Source: a virus. From it: 64,000 nt of DNA. Positions 49,977 to 59,278 of the stretch are shown here, piece by piece; position 1 is the first letter of the stretch; each line of letters begins with the position of its first letter. The notes beneath the pieces were generated by a model. The model was not told the DNA's origin. It searched no databases and saw only the letters and a program-made list of their open reading frames with translations. Made by a program: the position numbers and the translations under genes. The stretch is taken from IMG/VR virus record IMGVR_UViG_3300013958_000126, positions 1 to 64,000 of that record; one strand, given 5' to 3'.

Positions 49977-50264
49977 TTAACCAATCCATTCATCTAATGA
50001 CACATTAATAACATTATCATCAGCAGTTTTCGCTTCATCTTTCTTTACAGTGTTTTTCTTGTCATCATCCTCATTATTTGAAGTAGATTCTGTTTTAGCG
50101 ACTGTTTCTGATGTAGTAGTACCGGATACTGATTTATCTTTCTTCGTCTGAATCATTCCGGTCTGTGTTCCTGCAAAGATACCTCCTCCAAGCAGTGCTA
50201 CAATCAGAACCATAATCAGAATTTTTGCTGCTTTAGTTAATCTAAATCTTTTTGCTTTCTTCAT
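49977..50264 (-). CDS. Small membrane-anchored protein (possible upstream exon / N-terminal part of the split SBP gene)
   Basis: 95 aa; N-terminal signal-anchor helix then Ser/Thr/Asp/Lys-rich linker. Confidence 0.4.
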   Translation of the reverse strand: MKKAKRFRLTKAAKILIMVLIVALLGGGIFAGTQTGMIQTKKDKSVSGTTTSETVAKTESTSNNEDDDKKNTVKKDEAKTADDNVINVSLDEWIG

Positions 50265-50275
50265 TTTACTACTCC

Positions 50276-51013
50276 TTATTTATTATATTTCTTTTTCAAG
50301 CTGTTCAGATAATCATTGCTGTTATTCTTTTTTGCTTCCGCTTCAGCCTTTTCAAGTTTGGTAGACATCTTATTATTGTGTACTACTTTAGATCCTTCCA
50401 CAATAGCATCCAGATCTCTGTTTTTATCTCGAACAGAATCAAGCAATTTATCTGTTGCCGTGACATTTTTCAATTCATCCATATCATCATAGACTTCCTG
50501 AAGCTGCTTCTTTACTTTCATATTCTCCACAACTTCTTTGCTCTCACGCTTCAGACTTCTCAGATTCTTTTCACATCTTTCCTGCGTCTCTTTTGCTGCG
50601 TCTGTAGCTTCTTTATAAGCATTTACCAATCCAGTAACTCTGCGAATATCTGAAAGAATCTCTTCTCTTTCCTCTGCCTTTAACTGTGCAAGCTCGATCT
50701 GATTAGTTTTAACCAGAGATTCACACTCTGCTTCAACATTAACAAGTCGCTTTCTTTTTCTATCAAGATCTTTCTGCGCATTGCTCAGTTTTCCAGCAGC
50801 AATCTTATATGCATTATCCGCTTTATTATAAGATTCCTGAGCCTGGTCAATTTTTTCTTCGTAGATAGCCTCTGCGCCTTCTGGTGTGGTTGCCATATCT
50901 TTGATAAATAATCTAGTAAATCCAGACAGTAATTTTCTTGCTTCCGGAAACAAGATCAGTATCAATACAATAACAACCACTGCAACAATAAAAATCAGTT
51001 TACCAAGTTCCAT
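50276..51013 (-). CDS. PspA/IM30-like coiled-coil protein with N-terminal TM helix
   Basis: 245 aa; PspA-like N-terminal amphipathic block and heptad-rich remainder. Confidence 0.4.
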   Translation of the reverse strand: MELGKLIFIVAVVVIVLILILFPEARKLLSGFTRLFIKDMATTPEGAEAIYEEKIDQAQESYNKADNAYKIAAGKLSNAQKDLDRKRKRLVNVEAECESLVKTNQIELAQLKAEEREEILSDIRRVTGLVNAYKEATDAAKETQERCEKNLRSLKRESKEVVENMKVKKQLQEVYDDMDELKNVTATDKLLDSVRDKNRDLDAIVEGSKVVHNNKMSTKLEKAEAEAKKNNSNDYLNSLKKKYNK

Positions 51014-51546
51014 TATGCATTTCCTCCAATAGTAAAGTTAATTAAATTTTTGATTCTATCAATTTCAGTAGTAATAGTTTCATCAGATGTTTTTGTTTCA
51101 GCCCTTTGATCAGCAATCTCCTTTTCCAAACGCTCGATTTCCATTTTGTGTTCTTCAATAGCATTTTCTTTTTTAGTAACAACAGCTTCAGAATCACAAA
51201 TAATCTTTGAGAGAATGTCGCTTAAAACATCAACTCTTTTTTCTCCGTCTGCCTCAACATCAGTCACTGTCAAGCCAAATACACCAAGTGTTGCCAACAC
51301 TGAATTTCTTTTTGTTTCTGTCGTCATTTCCTTTGGAAATGATTTTATTAACTCCTCCACTTTAAAAATTGACTGTGTTTTATCTGCCAGATTATTCTGG
51401 CTGTAAATATCATCAATCAAAGTGTCAGTGTTAACTGAATCAAGCTCTGCGTTGGTCTCGGTTGTATCAAAATCAGTATCTATGTCTGGAATATCAGGCG
51501 TCTCATCCGGTACTTCTTCCACAAATAAGTTTTTTAAAATTCCCAT
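51013..51546 (-). CDS. Hypothetical acidic coiled-coil protein
   Basis: 177-aa ORF, stop overlaps next start (ATAATG). Confidence 0.45.
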   Translation of the reverse strand: MGILKNLFVEEVPDETPDIPDIDTDFDTTETNAELDSVNTDTLIDDIYSQNNLADKTQSIFKVEELIKSFPKEMTTETKRNSVLATLGVFGLTVTDVEADGEKRVDVLSDILSKIICDSEAVVTKKENAIEEHKMEIERLEKEIADQRAETKTSDETITTEIDRIKNLINFTIGGNA

Positions 51547-51558
51547 AGTATTTCCTTC

Positions 51559-52170
51559 CTAAAATTTCAATATTTCATCACACATTATCTTTGCTTCTGA
51601 TTCACTGTGTGTGACCATGATCACAGTATTATCAAGTAACCTATGCAAATCCATAATTAACAATTGCATATTACTTCGTGTCTCAGCATCCAGCGCTGAC
51701 AACGGTTCATCCATTAAAAGAATCTTTGGTTTTGCAAATAACGTCCTTGCTAACGCAAGTCGCTGTTTCATGCCTCCAGATAACTGCTTAGGATATTTAT
51801 TTTCGTTTCCATTCAAACCAACTAAATAAAGCATCTTCTTAGCTGCTTCTATATCTTCTGGTTCTACATGGCCTTTAACTTTTTTAGCAATTAGTATATT
51901 GTCAAGACAATTTAACCAATCAAAAGAAGTATAGTTCTGATGCATCATATATACTTCATTTTTACTTGCTTTTGTAACCGGAGTATTATCTATGATAATT
52001 TCTCCAGATAACGGTTTGATTAATCCTGCAACCGTCCTTAACAAAGTTGTCTTGCCGCATCCAGATTCTCCAAGGATCCCGTAGATCTTATTATCAAAAT
52101 TATAATTAAACCCAGATAAAAGTGGTTTATCTCTGCTGTATCCTGTGTATAAATCATGAATTTTAATCAT
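51559..52170 (-). CDS. ABC transporter ATP-binding protein (short SsuB/TauB-like)
   Basis: 203 aa; Walker [10 protein letters not shown], signature [13 protein letters not shown], Walker [12 protein letters not shown]. Confidence 0.8.
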   Translation of the reverse strand: MIKIHDLYTGYSRDKPLLSGFNYNFDNKIYGILGESGCGKTTLLRTVAGLIKPLSGEIIIDNTPVTKASKNEVYMMHQNYTSFDWLNCLDNILIAKKVKGHVEPEDIEAAKKMLYLVGLNGNENKYPKQLSGGMKQRLALARTLFAKPKILLMDEPLSALDAETRSNMQLLIMDLHRLLDNTVIMVTHSESEAKIMCDEILKF

Positions 52171-52909
52171 TTATATACCTCCACTTAAAAATCTTCTTTA
52201 CTAACCATTTAGATACATAATCAAATATAACACTGATGATCATAATCACAATGATTGCCATAAATACTAAATCTGTTCTCCCTCTGGAAGATGATTGCTG
52301 GATTATATATCCAAGTCCATATTGAGCATTTATTGTTTCAGCTACTGCAATATATGTAAATCCAATTCCATACATCATAATGTAGCTATTTAATACTCCT
52401 GGCAATGATGCCGGAATCTGGATTCTCCATATCGTTTGTAATTTGCTCATTCCAATTGTAAGTCCGGTATCTATTAGATCGTTGTTCACTTCCTCCAGGC
52501 ATAATACAACTGACGGCATCATATATACGAATGTTGCGATAAACAAAAATACAATTTTCATCATTTCATCTATCCCGAACCACATAATAAGCAATGGATA
52601 AAATGCAGTCACCGGAATATATCGCATGACACTGATCATCGGATTAAGAATATCCTTAGCAATTCTGGAATTATAAACCAGAATCGCTATAGGAAATGCT
52701 ATTGCTCCAGATATAAATGTAGCAGCAGTTATTCTTAGAAACGAATATTCAATTGCCTTAATCAACTGTCCTGTATGTATCATGCCTATCAGATCATCAA
52801 ATACCGTAACTGGTTCCGGAATGAACAAGGGATTTACGTGTTTTGCTGTGATATCCCAAATAAGGAGTATCGAAGCAAGTAAAAGAATTCTTTTTGTAAA
52901 TGTTTTCAT
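52163..52909 (-). CDS. ABC transporter permease (SsuC/TauC-like)
   Basis: 248 aa, 6 TM helices, binding-protein-dependent transport signature region. Confidence 0.7.
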   Translation of the reverse strand: MKTFTKRILLLASILLIWDITAKHVNPLFIPEPVTVFDDLIGMIHTGQLIKAIEYSFLRITAATFISGAIAFPIAILVYNSRIAKDILNPMISVMRYIPVTAFYPLLIMWFGIDEMMKIVFLFIATFVYMMPSVVLCLEEVNNDLIDTGLTIGMSKLQTIWRIQIPASLPGVLNSYIMMYGIGFTYIAVAETINAQYGLGYIIQQSSSRGRTDLVFMAIIVIMIISVIFDYVSKWLVKKIFKWRYIND

Positions 52910-53096
52910 TTTATTTCCCTTAAAGAATATGGCGTAAAATATTATACAAAGCTTCTAATTTTCCGGTTTCCTCGTATATAGCTTCTACAATTACAGCTAA
53001 CACCGCAGCACATATAAAACACAAAATTAGTAGTAAAATCAATATCACAATCACCATAAACAGAAATGCCGCAATATCTCCGAGTATTCCCATATA

Positions 53097-53498
53097 TTAC
53101 TCCTCTAACATAGCTGTCAGTTCTTCAAGACTCTTGCCTTCCAGAGCTTCGTTCTGCTTTCTCTCAATGATTCTCATAATCTTCTGATTGCGCTCTTTCT
53201 TATCTTTTGCAGCTAATCTCTCTGCAGTTTCTACCTGTTTTACCTGTACGATGAATTTTACAATCTGAATTTTATTTTCCAGCGCCTGATCCGCTTCAGA
53301 TTTAACCTGTAACAGACTTTCTTCATCACTCTGCTTTTTCTCTTTATTCAGCAGTTTAAATACTGAATCCAGATCCTGTAATTTCAGATCCCATAAATCC
53401 TCTACTGAAATCATTCCTTTGAACGGGAATCTGTATTTATATCTTGTTGCCGCCTCAAAAATATTTGTAAGTTCCATGTTTTTATTCCTCCAATACAT
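53097..53498 (-). CDS. Hypothetical coiled-coil protein
   Basis: 133-aa ORF. Confidence 0.45.
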   Translation of the reverse strand: MYWRNKNMELTNIFEAATRYKYRFPFKGMISVEDLWDLKLQDLDSVFKLLNKEKKQSDEESLLQVKSEADQALENKIQIVKFIVQVKQVETAERLAAKDKKERNQKIMRIIERKQNEALEGKSLEELTAMLEE

Positions 53499-53504
53499 AT
53501 AATT

Positions 53505-53999
53505 TTATTTAACAAACATCCAGTCTTCTGCGAGCATATCCGACTGGGTAGCAAGCCATCCCATCTGTACGCCAGATGTTCCAACAAAAGCGATGGCTTT
53601 ATTTCCGATTGCGTCATGCTCACAATTTACAATCTCATTATCGGCAGTCTTATAAGAAATCCCAGTGGCAAGCTGAATGTACTGTTTCTTTCCATTCCAG
53701 CCTTTACGTGCCACTTTAAATCCTCTTTTCAGGTACTTAATCGCTTCTCCGAATGAGAATGTTGCTTCTCCACCAAGTATTGGGCAGTTCCGACTATCCG
53801 AATAAACCCACTCATCGGAAAGAATATTCTGAAGCGTATACTCCACATTCTGTGTTTCTCTTATATCCAGACAGCCGCCATCTTTTGTGTACATAAGGAT
53901 TGTCTGGGATTCTTCATCCCACCACCAATAACCCGCCCATGACGGAAGTTTTACTGGAATTCCAGATTTCATTTCTTCAAATGCTTCTTTAAATTTCAT
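53505..53999 (-). CDS. Tandem DUF2829-like protein (candidate Tad2-type small-molecule sponge)
   Basis: 164 aa; two internal repeats each resembling the DUF2829 pattern (FxEA...MK.G..V.R.GWNGK ... GWLATQSDMLAEDW). Confidence 0.4.
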   Translation of the reverse strand: MKFKEAFEEMKSGIPVKLPSWAGYWWWDEESQTILMYTKDGGCLDIRETQNVEYTLQNILSDEWVYSDSRNCPILGGEATFSFGEAIKYLKRGFKVARKGWNGKKQYIQLATGISYKTADNEIVNCEHDAIGNKAIAFVGTSGVQMGWLATQSDMLAEDWMFVK

Positions 54000-54032
54000 A
54001 ACTTTCTCCCTTCTTTGTTTAATTAAATTGTA

Positions 54033-56102
54033 TTAGAATTTGATTTTTAATACTCGCTCTGTAGCACCCTTTACCTTAATAATCAAATCATTTCTCTTTG
54101 TAAGGGAGAATCCTACTCCAGAAAGCTGATCATCAATATCTTTTACATGTGCCTTCGCTCCAAGCGCTTCAAATACTCTTCGATGCTGCTCAAGTTCCGG
54201 TTTCAAGAATTCATTATAATATCCATTCGGCTCTTCTGGATTGATGCAGTCCTTCAGCATAAAGAATAAGTGCTGATGACCAATTCCCTTCTGTTCATCC
54301 CAGTAATTTGGTGAGTAGCATACAACTGATACCGGTGTAAACTGCAAGGTTTTAATTCCCCAGACATCTTTACTGATTGTTGCACAATTTCCTGGAAGTT
54401 TGTCCACTACTTTGAAATTTCCTGACTGATCAAGTATTACTTCTGCAACATCTACATTGCCACGTACTGGAGCATTGTATTCGTAAGAATGAATTTCTCC
54501 ATTTACTTCAATTTCAGCTTTAAATCCCTGAGATCCTCTGTATGCGAACTGATTTACAAAAAACTTATATGTACCAGGAATCATATACTCTTTAGATGGA
54601 TATGTAATATTTTCAACAGCCACTCCATTACTTGCTCTACACTGATCAACTGGCTGAGTAATATCAATGTCCAATTCTCCTCTAGTACGTAGTGATTTTC
54701 TACAACCAAAATAAATATGCTCTCCACCTTTTGGTTCAATACAATGTGCGTCAAGATCAGAATTATCCTTTCCATCTTTGTCATTCCATTGAATAGAAAA
54801 TCTTACAATGCCTGTGACTGAACCACCAGCAGCTTTTACATTTTCTTTGATATCTGAATCTGTAATATTACCGGTATACGCCCAAGACATTCCATTGTTC
54901 CATTTGAACATTGTTTTCGCATCAGCAACTTCTGGAGCAATCAAAGATACCATATTTTGAATATGTTTATTCTCCAGGTATACTTCCAGTTCCTTTGCCA
55001 CTGGCAAAACATTCTTAATGAAATCTTCTGCACTTATTTCCTCTACCTTAGAGAATCGTTTTGGATCAATTGCAACATCCTGTTCCATTTCATCAAACAA
55101 ATCCATAGCGCCGGTAATTCTCTTTGCTGCGTCTTTATTAGAGAAAAGTATATTGTTCACTGTGATATCATCCAAGGTAGCAAATCTTCTCTGTAATGAA
55201 TCCATATAACCAAGTTCTGTAATAGTCTTCTTTGCATCTTCAAGCATCTTCTTTGTAAAAATTGCCTTTGGACGTTTATAATTTACAGGGGCTACAATCT
55301 GCTCATATTTTCTAACGGCAAGGTCAAGATCCATTCCTTCGGAAATATTTACCAGCAATGTTCCAATACTATGGTTACGAATCTTACCGATAACGGCACC
55401 TGCAGCAATTGACTTTTCCCAGATCCAAAGTTCTTTCTGTTCATCCGTAAGCTTTCCATATTCTTTCTGATAATTCTTAAATTCAGTAAGTTGCTTTTTC
55501 CATTCGGCACCTTTATATAAAGAATTTTGAGCAATCAGTTCAAGTACAGTATCTACAGCTTCTTTACTAATTTCATCAAGAGAACGTTTAAATACATTAC
55601 GGACATCTCTGAATTGACTTAAATCACCTTCAAGTGTATGTCCATAACATTCCTTAAAGATACAAATTTCTGGCAGATCTACGAAGAAATGCTCGTATTT
55701 ATTAATTTTTCCTGTCGGGAGCATTTCTCTATTTTCAGGAGTACCAATTCGTTTCTCTTTTTTGAGGAATACCCCTAATACCGCTTTCTGTTTTACATAG
55801 GCATCAAGCGCAGCTGCGACTACATTATATTTATCATCTGATACTGGATTAATTCCCCAAATGGTATGTAACTCACCATTTTTAATAGATACAACGTTAC
55901 CAACGTCTCTGATAAAATGTCTACAGCAACTACAGTCATATTCTCTTCTTTCTCTGTAAATTTCATTTGTACCTGCCGGAAACGAATCCAGATATAAATT
56001 ATAAAGCTCCTCGGTATCCACATTTACTGTGAATAATCTTGAAGAATCTTTAGACATCTGCTGTAAATTTTTCTGGATTGCCTTTACAAAATCTTTAAAC
56101 AT
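54033..56102 (-). CDS. Large hypothetical protein
   Basis: 689 aa; N-terminal YDCSCCRHF cysteine cluster. Confidence 0.5.
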   Translation of the reverse strand: MFKDFVKAIQKNLQQMSKDSSRLFTVNVDTEELYNLYLDSFPAGTNEIYRERREYDCSCCRHFIRDVGNVVSIKNGELHTIWGINPVSDDKYNVVAAALDAYVKQKAVLGVFLKKEKRIGTPENREMLPTGKINKYEHFFVDLPEICIFKECYGHTLEGDLSQFRDVRNVFKRSLDEISKEAVDTVLELIAQNSLYKGAEWKKQLTEFKNYQKEYGKLTDEQKELWIWEKSIAAGAVIGKIRNHSIGTLLVNISEGMDLDLAVRKYEQIVAPVNYKRPKAIFTKKMLEDAKKTITELGYMDSLQRRFATLDDITVNNILFSNKDAAKRITGAMDLFDEMEQDVAIDPKRFSKVEEISAEDFIKNVLPVAKELEVYLENKHIQNMVSLIAPEVADAKTMFKWNNGMSWAYTGNITDSDIKENVKAAGGSVTGIVRFSIQWNDKDGKDNSDLDAHCIEPKGGEHIYFGCRKSLRTRGELDIDITQPVDQCRASNGVAVENITYPSKEYMIPGTYKFFVNQFAYRGSQGFKAEIEVNGEIHSYEYNAPVRGNVDVAEVILDQSGNFKVVDKLPGNCATISKDVWGIKTLQFTPVSVVCYSPNYWDEQKGIGHQHLFFMLKDCINPEEPNGYYNEFLKPELEQHRRVFEALGAKAHVKDIDDQLSGVGFSLTKRNDLIIKVKGATERVLKIKF

Positions 56103-56119
56103 ATTTTTATCTCCTTATT

Positions 56120-56135
56120 GTTTAATTAAATTTTT
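56120..56135 (-). promoter_or_regulatory. Instance of recurrent AT-rich motif upstream of 54033-56102
   Basis: GTTTAATTAAATTTTT. Confidence 0.4.
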
Positions 56136-56758
56136 ATTTTCACTGATTTTTCTTTTCTTATTCGTGACTGATTCTTTTTGAACAATTCATCAAATACTCT
56201 TGGAGTATATTTTTTATCTGGTACAATTTTTTCTATTATTTTAGTAGCATTTCCAGATAAAACACTTGCACACGATTGATGTTTTATCGTGTTTATAATT
56301 TGTATTTTATTTTTGGCTTCTCTTCGTCTATCACAAATCTCTTGCAACTTTTTGCATAATTTATATCCTTCTGCCGCAGAAAACTTATGAAATTCAATAT
56401 AATGCAAAATGTCTGAAATTTGTAAATCAGTATATGAAATAATAGAATTAAGTTCTTTTGAATAATCAGTAATTTCATTCATCTTACTTGAAAATTCATT
56501 TATACTACCGATAATTTCACCAACTATATCATCTGTCGTAATTGCTTCAACTCCATTATAATCGGTTTCACAAATTTCATATGGTCCAAATTTTTTTAAT
56601 ACGTCTGGAATATTATTTGCTTGAATTGCCTTAATCTTTTTCTTTTCAATTTCAGGAACCAAGAGTGCATCACCAAGATCAGATACTAATTTGATTCTTC
56701 CTGTTGGATCTCTTGCGATGTACTCTCCATTTTTTCCTTTTAAATAGTAACATATCAT
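56126..56758 (-). CDS. Hypothetical protein
   Basis: 210-aa ORF. Confidence 0.45.
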   Translation of the reverse strand: MICYYLKGKNGEYIARDPTGRIKLVSDLGDALLVPEIEKKKIKAIQANNIPDVLKKFGPYEICETDYNGVEAITTDDIVGEIIGSINEFSSKMNEITDYSKELNSIISYTDLQISDILHYIEFHKFSAAEGYKLCKKLQEICDRRREAKNKIQIINTIKHQSCASVLSGNATKIIEKIVPDKKYTPRVFDELFKKNQSRIRKEKSVKIKI

Positions 56759-56841
56759 TGTTCATGCCTTTCTGATTGAGTTAATCTAATTCGTTTTGAT
56801 AGGTCAACTATATCACCATTATTTGCATTTGTCAATAGTAA

Positions 56842-56861
56842 AAGTTAATTTAATTTGTTTT
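56842..56861 (-). promoter_or_regulatory. Instance of long variant AAGTTAATTTAATTTGTTTT overlapping ligA stop
   Basis: Exact copy of 29211-29230. Confidence 0.4.
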
Positions 56862-58845
56862 TGTATTCTTCTTCACTGATAATAGGAATATTCAACTCAG
56901 AAGCTTTCTTATTTTTACTAGATCCACTGTTTTTATCATTGGTAATTAGATAATCAGTTGCCTTTGTAACTCCGGACACAACTTTCCCTCCTTTTGATTC
57001 TATATCCGCCACAAGTTCATCCCGGTTAGCAAAAATATGTAACTTCCCAGTGATACAGAATTTCTTTCCGGACAATGAATCACTTTCAGAAGATATTTTA
57101 TCATTATTAAGTTTCGAAAATATGAACTGTTCTGCCAAAGCAATCACGTAATCATAATTTTCCTTAAAATATCTATGGATAGAAATATTTCGCTCCGTCC
57201 CTAATCCTTCAATACAGGTAAAATTAAAATCAGAAGCAGCATCTTTAATAAAAGTTTCAAATGGATAGAGCATTCCTAATTCCCTGGTTCTTATTTCTTC
57301 ATATCTAGCAATATCCTTTGCAGCTCTACCACCAATTAACGGAATATTTAATCCTACAATAAATTTTTCTATGGTAGTATTTCTGCTAGACTCAATAGAA
57401 TCTAAAATATTCGCAATTTTCTTTGCTCCCATTCTAGGTAATCTGGACAATTCTGTAGAATGATCCTTCAAATAATACAGATCAATTGGTGATGTCACAA
57501 GCCCAGTATCAATCAATAGCTGCAATGTGGCCTCAGATAATCCATTAATATCATGGGCCTTTTTCCCTACAAAAGCATTCATCTCACCCAAAAGTTTGCC
57601 TTTGCATCCAGCATTCATGCACATCAATACTTCAGAATCGTTCTCTTTTACGACAGACACTGGTTCTCCACAAATTGGGCATATTTTAGGAATTATAAAC
57701 TTTTCACCGGTATTATAACCTCTTGTTATGTTTTGAGAAATCTGCGGAATTATCTGGTTTGCCTTATACACAGATACGGTATCATCTTTATGGAGATAAA
57801 ATCCTTTGAATATACTCACATTGTGTAGACTCGCTCTGCTTACAGATGTTCCATCAATATCGACCGGTTCAAAAACTGCTGTAGGCGTTAATTGTCCAGA
57901 TTTACCCATAGTCCATTCAATATCAGTCAAAACTGTCTCAAATTCATCATCATAGAACTTGTATGCCAGAGAATGACGTGGATACTTATCTGTGACTCCA
58001 AGTGATAATCCATAAGCGATATCATTATATGCAGCAACAAGCCCATCAATTGGATAAGATAAGTATGCTGCCTTTTCCTTTAACAAATTAATAACCTCTT
58101 CAAGATCCTGATTTTCTTTATATACACGAATATAAGGTACAATATCAAATCCAAGTTCTCTTGCTTTTTCAAATCTTGCTGACATTAAAGATAGTTCATC
58201 CATACCGGCAGGTACCTTCCATACTATAAAACGAACATGACGTTTGGCTGCTACCTTACTATCTAACTGTCTGACTGATCCTGAAGCAAGATTTCGCGGG
58301 TTCTTATATCTATCTTCTTCGTGTTTAATTAAATTATTAATTTTCTCAAAATCTGTATATGTAATAATAGCTTCTCCTTCAATTTCAACGTGGCCTTTCT
58401 GATTAATATGCATAGGAATATTTTCGAACGCCTTTGCATTGTGAGTAATAATTTCTCCTGTGACGCCGTTTCCGCGAGTTTCAGCCTGGATCAGCTCTCC
58501 ATCTTCATACGTCAAAAGAATTGTCAATCCATCCATCTTACACATTAGCAAAGAATCTTTATCACCAATAAATTTTCGAAGTATATTCACATCTTTAGTT
58601 TTATCAAGAGACATCATTAAATGTGAATGTTCAATTTTCTCTAATTTACTTTTTACTTCATATCCAACACTATGGACTGGAGAATTACTTAAAATAACTC
58701 CTGTTTCTTTTTCCATTTTTTCCAACTGATCACACAGATCATCATACTGATGATCCGTAACAATACTTTCTGCATTATTATAATAAGCATCTCGGTACTG
58801 ATTAAGTTTTTCAACCAATGCTTTCATTTCTTCAATCTTGTTCAT
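56845..58845 (-). CDS. ligA: NAD+-dependent DNA ligase
   Basis: 666 aa; adenylation motif KMDGLTI ... RGNGVTGE, Zn finger CPICGEPVSV...CMNAGC, C-terminal BRCT-like segment. Confidence 0.85.
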   Translation of the reverse strand: MNKIEEMKALVEKLNQYRDAYYNNAESIVTDHQYDDLCDQLEKMEKETGVILSNSPVHSVGYEVKSKLEKIEHSHLMMSLDKTKDVNILRKFIGDKDSLLMCKMDGLTILLTYEDGELIQAETRGNGVTGEIITHNAKAFENIPMHINQKGHVEIEGEAIITYTDFEKINNLIKHEEDRYKNPRNLASGSVRQLDSKVAAKRHVRFIVWKVPAGMDELSLMSARFEKARELGFDIVPYIRVYKENQDLEEVINLLKEKAAYLSYPIDGLVAAYNDIAYGLSLGVTDKYPRHSLAYKFYDDEFETVLTDIEWTMGKSGQLTPTAVFEPVDIDGTSVSRASLHNVSIFKGFYLHKDDTVSVYKANQIIPQISQNITRGYNTGEKFIIPKICPICGEPVSVVKENDSEVLMCMNAGCKGKLLGEMNAFVGKKAHDINGLSEATLQLLIDTGLVTSPIDLYYLKDHSTELSRLPRMGAKKIANILDSIESSRNTTIEKFIVGLNIPLIGGRAAKDIARYEEIRTRELGMLYPFETFIKDAASDFNFTCIEGLGTERNISIHRYFKENYDYVIALAEQFIFSKLNNDKISSESDSLSGKKFCITGKLHIFANRDELVADIESKGGKVVSGVTKATDYLITNDKNSGSSKNKKASELNIPIISEEEYKNKLN

Positions 58846-58869
58846 TTTTTCCTCCTGTATTATGTATAA

Positions 58870-59205
58870 TTAAATCGTCAAAATATCAAAATGTACTGAC
58901 CAATGATCACACATCATATCAATTGTTGCATCCGCGATATCGTTAACGCACTCGTCATCACATTTGACTGAATCAAACTGAGAAATATCAATATAATGCT
59001 CTGCTGTTCCCTCTTCAAAAGTAATAATATTATCATTTACTGTAATATTAACTGGATTCAACTGCATATGAGATATTATTGCAGATTCTTTTTCTCCTAC
59101 AGAGAAATGTACCGCAACAGTTTTATTGTCATATGCTGCTTTTTCAAACATAATATCGATTTTCTGAGCTACTTTACTTGCATTCTTTACAAATTCTCTA
59201 ACCAT
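58870..59205 (-). CDS. Hypothetical protein
   Basis: 111-aa ORF. Confidence 0.45.
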   Translation of the reverse strand: MVREFVKNASKVAQKIDIMFEKAAYDNKTVAVHFSVGEKESAIISHMQLNPVNITVNDNIITFEEGTAEHYIDISQFDSVKCDDECVNDIADATIDMMCDHWSVHFDILTI

Positions 59206-59278
59206 TTTTTTGTTCCTCGTAATAAATTTGATTTTAATGAAAGTTAATTTAACTTGTTACTTTATTTAAACATGGCGA

